NCBI GenBank assembly: GCA_963717505.1
Contig: OY970342.1
Coordinates: forward strand, 1,376,001 to 1,440,000
Source: Candidatus Eiseniibacteriota bacterium
Lineage (GTDB): Bacteria; Eisenbacteria; RBG-16-71-46
Reading direction: 5' to 3'
Length of the DNA stretch: 64,000 nt
Shown: piece by piece, positions 58,201-64,000 of the stretch
Numbering within the stretch: position 1 is the stretch's first letter
Layout of the letters: every line of letters begins with the position of its first letter
The notes under the pieces: generated by a model
What the model was told of the DNA's origin: nothing
Databases searched by the model: none
Seen by the model: only the letters and a program-made list of their open reading frames with translations
Translations under genes and position numbers: made by a program

Positions 58201-60351
58201 ATGACGCCAACCACCCCGACGACCATTTCCCATTACCGCCTGCTCGACCGCATCGGCGAAGGCGGCATGGGCGAAGTCTGGCTGGCCGAGGACACGCAGC
58301 TGCCGCGTCGCGTCGCGATCAAGATCCTGTCGCCGCGGCTGGCTGCCGATCCCGACGCCGTCGACCGGTTGCTGCGCGAAGCGCAGGCGGCAGCGACGGT
58401 CGACCATCCTGGCGTGGTGACCGTGTACGAAGCCGGGCTCTCCGAGGGCCGGCCCTACCTGGTCATGCAGCGGGTCGAAGGCGAGACGCTCGAGGAGCGA
58501 CTCGCACGCGGGCGCATGCCGGTGGCCGAGGCGATCGAGGTGACGGCGCAGATCGCCGACGCGTTGGCCGAAGTACACGCACTCGGCATCGTTCACCGCG
58601 ACCTCAAGCCGTCCAACATCATTCTCACCCCGCGCGGACCCAAGATCCTCGACTTTGGAATCGCCAGCCTCAAGGGTTCGACACGTCTGACGTCGACGGG
58701 CATCGCAATCGGGACGCCGCTGACCATGAGTCCCGAGCAGATTCAGGGTCGGCCCGCCGACAACCGCGCCGACCTATGGTCGCTCGGCGTGTCGCTCTAT
58801 CGCGCGGTCACTGGGCGCCCACCGTTCACCGGCGACAACTTCGAAGCCTTGAGCTACCAGATCCTGAGCCTCTCGCCGCCACCGCCGAGCGAGCTGAACC
58901 CCGAAGTCGGTTCCGATCTCGACTACATCGTCATGAAGCTCCTGCGCAAGGATCCCGCGGCGCGCTACGCGCGCGCCGAGGACCTGGTCGCCGATCTCGG
59001 CAACTGTCCCGCGAACCGCACCCCGGCGGCGATCGCGAGCGGCGGCAAGCGGACGCCACGCATCGCGGTGCTCTACTTCGACGTGCTGAGCGCCGACCCG
59101 CAGGACGCGTTTCTCGCTGCCGGACTCGCCGAGGACCTGATCGTGGATCTGACGCGGGTGAGCGGAATCCAGGTGTCCGGGCGCACCGAGGTCCTGCCCT
59201 ATCGCGACCGCACCGTGCCGCCGCGCACGCTCGGCCGCGAGCTGGGCGTCGACTACGTGGTGCACGGCAGCGTGCGCCGGGTCGGCACCCGGGCACGGAT
59301 CGTCTATCAAATGGTGCGAGCCGCCGACAGCCACGTGATGTGCGGCGACCGACTCGACCGCAACGTCGACGACCTGTTCGACATGCAGGCCGAGGTCTCG
59401 AAGCGCATCGTCGACGCGTTGCAGGTGGCACTCGATCCCGGCCAGCGGGAAATGCTCGACCGCGTGCCGACCCGCAGCAAGGAGGCCTACGCCGAGTACC
59501 TGCGCGCGCGCGCGATGCTCGACCTCGGGACGCGTGAAGGCAACTACCTGGCCGAGGACCACCTCAAGTCCGCGATCGCACGTGACCCCGAATTCGCATT
59601 GGCTCATGCCGCCCTCGGTGAGGGCTACGCGATTCGCGTCATGAGGTGGTGGGCGGGGCCCGAGGTCGCGAAGTTGGCGGCGCCGTGCGCGGAACGCGCG
59701 CTCGAGCTCGATCCGACGCTGCTCGAGGGGCACTTGGTGCGTGCGATGGTGCACCGGGTTCGTGGCGAGCCCGAGCTGCTGCTCAAGGCGCTCGATCGGG
59801 TGATGGAGCTGGATCCCAATCACCCGGAAGCGCTCGACTGGGCGGGATGGAGCTACATGTCGATGAACCAGCCGGAGAAGGCACTGCCGCTGCTCGAACG
59901 GCTGGTGGCGACGTCGCCCGAGCGCTACCTGGCCGCGAGCTTCCTGGGGTCGTGCTACGAGATGCTCGGGCGCCCTGAGGAATTTCACCGCATGCAGCTC
60001 CTGGCTCGCGATCGCTGCATCGAGGTCCTGCGCCGCCATCCCGAGAACGTGCACGCGCGCTCGATCCTCGGAATCCATCTACTCACCCTCGGCGAGCCCG
60101 AGGCCGGCATCGCCCAGTGCGAGCGGGCAGTCGAAATCGCACCGGCGGACACGCGAGTCCGATACAACCTGGCATGCATCTATTCCCGCGCGGGACGTCT
60201 CGATGATTGCGTGAACCAACTCCACGAGGCGACACGCAACCTGCCGGAGTTCATTGCCGACTGGCCGCTCCACGATCCCGACCTGGTGAACGTGCGCGAC
60301 CATCCCGGGTTCATCAAGCTGTTCGGTCGGGCGACGACCCCCGCGTCCTAG
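58201..60351 (+). CDS. Hanks-type Ser/Thr kinase with TolB-like and TPR domains
   Basis: GEGGMGEV, VAIK, HRDLKPSN, DFG, MSPEQ; RIAVLYF; TPRs ending YNLACIY. Confidence 0.93.
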   Translation: MTPTTPTTISHYRLLDRIGEGGMGEVWLAEDTQLPRRVAIKILSPRLAADPDAVDRLLREAQAAATVDHPGVVTVYEAGLSEGRPYLVMQRVEGETLEERLARGRMPVAEAIEVTAQIADALAEVHALGIVHRDLKPSNIILTPRGPKILDFGIASLKGSTRLTSTGIAIGTPLTMSPEQIQGRPADNRADLWSLGVSLYRAVTGRPPFTGDNFEALSYQILSLSPPPPSELNPEVGSDLDYIVMKLLRKDPAARYARAEDLVADLGNCPANRTPAAIASGGKRTPRIAVLYFDVLSADPQDAFLAAGLAEDLIVDLTRVSGIQVSGRTEVLPYRDRTVPPRTLGRELGVDYVVHGSVRRVGTRARIVYQMVRAADSHVMCGDRLDRNVDDLFDMQAEVSKRIVDALQVALDPGQREMLDRVPTRSKEAYAEYLRARAMLDLGTREGNYLAEDHLKSAIARDPEFALAHAALGEGYAIRVMRWWAGPEVAKLAAPCAERALELDPTLLEGHLVRAMVHRVRGEPELLLKALDRVMELDPNHPEALDWAGWSYMSMNQPEKALPLLERLVATSPERYLAASFLGSCYEMLGRPEEFHRMQLLARDRCIEVLRRHPENVHARSILGIHLLTLGEPEAGIAQCERAVEIAPADTRVRYNLACIYSRAGRLDDCVNQLHEATRNLPEFIADWPLHDPDLVNVRDHPGFIKLFGRATTPAS

Positions 60352-60367
60352 GGGCGAGCCCGCTGCC

Positions 60368-61045
60368 ATGCATCCCTACCTCGACTCGCTGCGCGCGGCT
60401 GCCGAGCAACGCCGGCGCACTCCGGCGCCACCCGTGTTCAAGATGGCGGTCGTGCTGTTCGCGGCCGTGGGGCTGGTGTTGGTGCTGTCGCTTTTCGTGG
60501 TCGGAGGGAGATCCCGGCTCCACAACTTCGCCGGTCAACGCGGCGTGGTCACCGTGGTTTCGGCCATCTGCCTGTCGATGGCGGCCGCATTCGCCTTCGC
60601 GGCTGGCGCGCTCAGTCGCGGGCGCGATCCGTCGCACGTCGAGGCCTGGTTGCTGTTCGCCGGGGGGCTGGTCTTTCTCGCGGCGGACGAGTTGCTCCAG
60701 TTCAACCTGTGGCTCGGTCTCCACGTGGACGACTGGATCGACATCGGCAGCGTGCCCGGGGACGATCTGGTGCTGATCGGCTACGGGTTGGTGGCCGGGA
60801 TGGTCGGTCTATTGGCGCTGCCGGCCCTGATTTCGCAACCGCGCGTCGGGCGGTTCCTGCTGCTCGGTTTCGGGTTCTTCGTCGTGCACACTTTGTTCGA
60901 CGTGTTGGGCCACGGCTGGCGGCCGGCGGTCGTGTTCGAGGAGTCGGCCAAGGTCTTCTCGGGCGTGTGCCTGCTGCTCGCGGCCTATGTCGGACTGATG
61001 AGCATCGGGGGCGCCGCCGCGAGTCGAGCCGCCCCGGACTCCTGA
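60368..61045 (+). CDS. Hypothetical membrane protein
   Basis: About 6 TMs; FLAADE and FEESAK motifs. Confidence 0.65.
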   Translation: MHPYLDSLRAAAEQRRRTPAPPVFKMAVVLFAAVGLVLVLSLFVVGGRSRLHNFAGQRGVVTVVSAICLSMAAAFAFAAGALSRGRDPSHVEAWLLFAGGLVFLAADELLQFNLWLGLHVDDWIDIGSVPGDDLVLIGYGLVAGMVGLLALPALISQPRVGRFLLLGFGFFVVHTLFDVLGHGWRPAVVFEESAKVFSGVCLLLAAYVGLMSIGGAAASRAAPDS

Positions 61046-61135
61046 GGCCCCGCCGCCTCTTTAACAGAGCCTCGGGCCGGTGGTAGCCTGCGCCCGCCTA
61101 TGCCGTCGCTCCAGGCCGCCTGGAGGCACACCCCC

Positions 61136-63772
61136 ATGCCTTTCGCGACCCGCTGTATCGCTGTGTCTTTCTTGGTGCTCGTCGCCGACGCCGCGCGCGC
61201 CGCCGACTCGGGCACGAGCGCCGAAAAGCAAGAGCTTCAGCGCCCGACGATTCACGCCGTGCGCACCGCATCCCCGATCACGATCGACGCCAACCTCGAT
61301 GAACCGGCGTGGCAGGCCGCGCGGCCGGTCACCGAGTTCCGTCAGCTCGATCCGGTCGAAGGCGCCGACCCAAGCCAGCGCACCGAAGTCCGAATCCTCC
61401 ACGACGACGACGCCCTCTACATCGGCGCCATCCTGCACGACACCGCCCCCGACTCGATCATCGCCCGGCTGACGCGGCGCGACGTCAGCATCCCCGCCGA
61501 TCGCTTCTCGGTCTACGTCGATCCGTTTCACGATCGACGCAGCGGCTTCTACTTCTCGATCAACGCCGCCGGCACGCTCTACGACGGCACGTTGCTCAAC
61601 GACGACTGGGACGACAGCTCGTGGGACGGCGTGTGGCACGGCCATGCGCGGGTGACGAACGGTGGCTGGGTCGCCGAGATGCGCATTCCCTATTCCCAGC
61701 TGCGATTCCGCGCCGGCACGCCGATGGTCTGGGGCATCAACTTCGGCCGCGGCATCCAGCGGCGCAACGAGTGGGTCTACGTCACCTATCGCCCCAAAGA
61801 AGCCAGCGGCTTCGTCTCGCGCTTCCCCGACCTGGTCGGGCTCGACGGCATTCGGCCGCCGCGCACGGTCGAGATCCTGCCGTACATCACCGGCAAGGGG
61901 GAGTACGTACCCGGAGTCGAGGACGACTACACCGGAAACGGCGGTGTCGACGTGCGGGCCGGCCTCGGCAGCGGCCTGACGTTGAGCGCCACCGTCAATC
62001 CCGACTTCGGCCAGGTCGAGATCGATCCGGCCGTGGTCAACCTGAGCGACGTCGAGACCTTCTTTCAGGAGAAGCGGCCGTTCTTCGTCGAAGGCTCGTC
62101 GATCTTCGGGTTCGGCAACCAGGGTGCCGCCGACTACTGGAACTTCGCGTGGCCCGAACCGCTGTTCTTCTACTCGCGGCGCATCGGTCGATCTCCGCAG
62201 GGCGGCGCCCCCGACGACGCCGACGTCCCGGTCGGCACCACGATCCTGGGCGCGCTCAAGGTCACCGGCAAATCCGGCCCGTCCTGGAACGTCGGCACGC
62301 TGCACGCGCTCACCCAGCGCGAGCTGGCGCCGTCACCGACTGCGGGCGACGTCGAGGTCGAGCCCCTCACTTACTACGGTGTTGCGCGTGGGCTGCGCGA
62401 GTTCGCCCGCCGCCAGCACGGCCTGGGCATGATGGGTTCGCTGGTCGCACGCTCGTTCGAGGACCCTGCGTTGCGCGACGTGGTGAGCAGCTCGTCGGCC
62501 ATGGTCGGGCTCGACGGGTGGACGTTCCTCGATCGTCAGAAGACCTGGGTGGTCTCGGGGTGGTCGGCGATGTCTCACGTGAGCGGCACGCCAGAGTTCA
62601 TGACCTCGCTCCAGCAAAGCTCCCGGCACTATTTCCAGCGGCCCGACGCCGATCACGTCGGCGTCGATCCCGATGCCACCTCGATGACCGCAATCGGCAC
62701 CCGACTGTGGCTCAACAAGCAGGAGGGAGCGTCGTTCGTGAATGCCGCCGCCGGCTTCATGACGCCCGGCTTCGACGTCGCCGACATGGGCTTCCAGCCG
62801 CGCTCCGACATCATCAACACCCACTTCGGCGGCGGCTACAAGTGGACGACCCCCGGCAAGTGGGCGAAGTATCGCGACGTGCGCGGTGCCATCTACAGCG
62901 GTTGGAACTTCGGCGGCAATCACTCTTCGGCCGGTATTCACGCCGGTGGCTTCACCGAGTTCCAGAACAACTGGAGCTGGGACTACCACGCCGAGTACAA
63001 CCCCGAGCTGACCAACAGCGGCCTGACCCGAGGCGGCCCGCGGGTGAAGAATCCGCCCGGCTTCGAACTCGGCACCTACTTCGACACCGACGGCAAGCAG
63101 CCGCGGTTCTACTACATCGACATGTTCGCCTACATCCAGCCCGAGCCCGGCACCTACTACGCCGAAGTCGAGCCGGGGATCGAGCTCAAACCGATGTCCA
63201 ACCTGATGCTCCAGGTTGGGGTCGAGGCGGTGCGCAATCGGGAAGACGCGCAATACGTCACCACCGAGACCGACCCACTCGCCACCGAGACGTACGGTGC
63301 ACGCTATGTGTTCGCCGAGCTGGACCTGACCACCGTCGGGCTGCCGATCCGGCTCAACTACGCGGTGACGCCCAACCTGAGCCTCCAGCTCTACGCGCAG
63401 CCGTTCCTGGCCGCCGGCTCGTACACCGAGTTCAAGGAGCTGGCGGAGCCCAACACCTACTCGTTCAACTTCTATGGCACCGGTGGCTCGACCTACGATC
63501 CGTCGACCGGAATCGTCGACCCCGATGGCCCCGGCCCGGCACCGGCGTTCGACGTCGGCCCGCCGGACTTCAACTTCGTCTCGCTGCGCGGCAATGCGGT
63601 GCTGCGTTGGGAATACATCCCCGGCTCGACGCTGTTCTTTGTGTGGACGCAGGAGCGGAACGACGAGCAGCCGACCGGGGACTTCGACTTTGGCGACGAC
63701 GCTCGTCGGTTGTTCGACCTGGATCCGGTGAACACGTTCCTGGTGAAGCTGACGTACTACTTCACGCCGTAG
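61136..63772 (+). CDS. CBM9-like/DUF5916 exported (outer-membrane-like) protein
   Basis: Signal peptide, IDANLDEPAW, AEMRIPYSQLRF, NPDFGQVE, EKRPFF, FYSRRIG, C-terminal KLTYYF. Confidence 0.85.
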   Translation: MPFATRCIAVSFLVLVADAARAADSGTSAEKQELQRPTIHAVRTASPITIDANLDEPAWQAARPVTEFRQLDPVEGADPSQRTEVRILHDDDALYIGAILHDTAPDSIIARLTRRDVSIPADRFSVYVDPFHDRRSGFYFSINAAGTLYDGTLLNDDWDDSSWDGVWHGHARVTNGGWVAEMRIPYSQLRFRAGTPMVWGINFGRGIQRRNEWVYVTYRPKEASGFVSRFPDLVGLDGIRPPRTVEILPYITGKGEYVPGVEDDYTGNGGVDVRAGLGSGLTLSATVNPDFGQVEIDPAVVNLSDVETFFQEKRPFFVEGSSIFGFGNQGAADYWNFAWPEPLFFYSRRIGRSPQGGAPDDADVPVGTTILGALKVTGKSGPSWNVGTLHALTQRELAPSPTAGDVEVEPLTYYGVARGLREFARRQHGLGMMGSLVARSFEDPALRDVVSSSSAMVGLDGWTFLDRQKTWVVSGWSAMSHVSGTPEFMTSLQQSSRHYFQRPDADHVGVDPDATSMTAIGTRLWLNKQEGASFVNAAAGFMTPGFDVADMGFQPRSDIINTHFGGGYKWTTPGKWAKYRDVRGAIYSGWNFGGNHSSAGIHAGGFTEFQNNWSWDYHAEYNPELTNSGLTRGGPRVKNPPGFELGTYFDTDGKQPRFYYIDMFAYIQPEPGTYYAEVEPGIELKPMSNLMLQVGVEAVRNREDAQYVTTETDPLATETYGARYVFAELDLTTVGLPIRLNYAVTPNLSLQLYAQPFLAAGSYTEFKELAEPNTYSFNFYGTGGSTYDPSTGIVDPDGPGPAPAFDVGPPDFNFVSLRGNAVLRWEYIPGSTLFFVWTQERNDEQPTGDFDFGDDARRLFDLDPVNTFLVKLTYYFTP

Positions 63773-64000
63773 GGAACGGCAAATCCGCGATCGGCGGCTT
63801 CGCGAGCCAATCGCCGGCGGGGTCAGAGTCTTGAGCCGGGGGCGGATAGACTCCGAGAGATCCCGATCGGGCGGGTTCGTTTGCAGCCAATCGCGAGGCG
63901 GATTCGCGCAGATGGAACGCGCAACCAAATGGGCATCAAGCGATTGTGACGCCTGCAAAGACAGGCGAGTAGCGTGATAGGCGGAACCGAGTAGGTGATA

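Overview
GC-rich bacterial chromosomal window. The gene repertoire (S8 protease with an FlgD-Ig-like tail, kinase-TolB-like-TPR proteins, HEAT plus HD pair, futalosine-type ubiA/X/D) suggests an FCB-related lineage such as Ca. Eisenbacteria; that is inference only. Core content: queE-queC-queD; a membrane protein/esterase/ABC operon; a GAF histidine kinase with an ECF sigma and anti-sigma; the usually origin-linked block rpmH-rnpA-yidD-yidC-jag-mnmE-mnmG-rsmG-parA-parB with two parS sites but no dnaA; lexA; VKOR-DsbA; ubiA-ubiX-ubiD; a small toxin-antitoxin pair; and accessory genes. Most notable: (1) a structured 87-89 nt repeat core with compensatory base changes sits in frame inside two unrelated genes (mnmE and a membrane/TPR protein), and each copy is closed by its own, different 24-27 bp inverted repeat; (2) an IS200-family Y1 transposase homologue lacking the catalytic YxxxQ motif lies downstream of lexA and carries the same TGAAC-N4-GTGCA operator-like box as the lexA promoter, making it a candidate domesticated SOS gene; (3) an unexplained multi-branch structured RNA candidate at about 5.76-5.9 kb. 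Three single-base frameshifts (mnmE, mnmG, VKOR-DsbA) are most likely assembly errors. No CRISPR, rRNA or convincing tRNA was seen. All calls come from manual motif reading, with no database searches.
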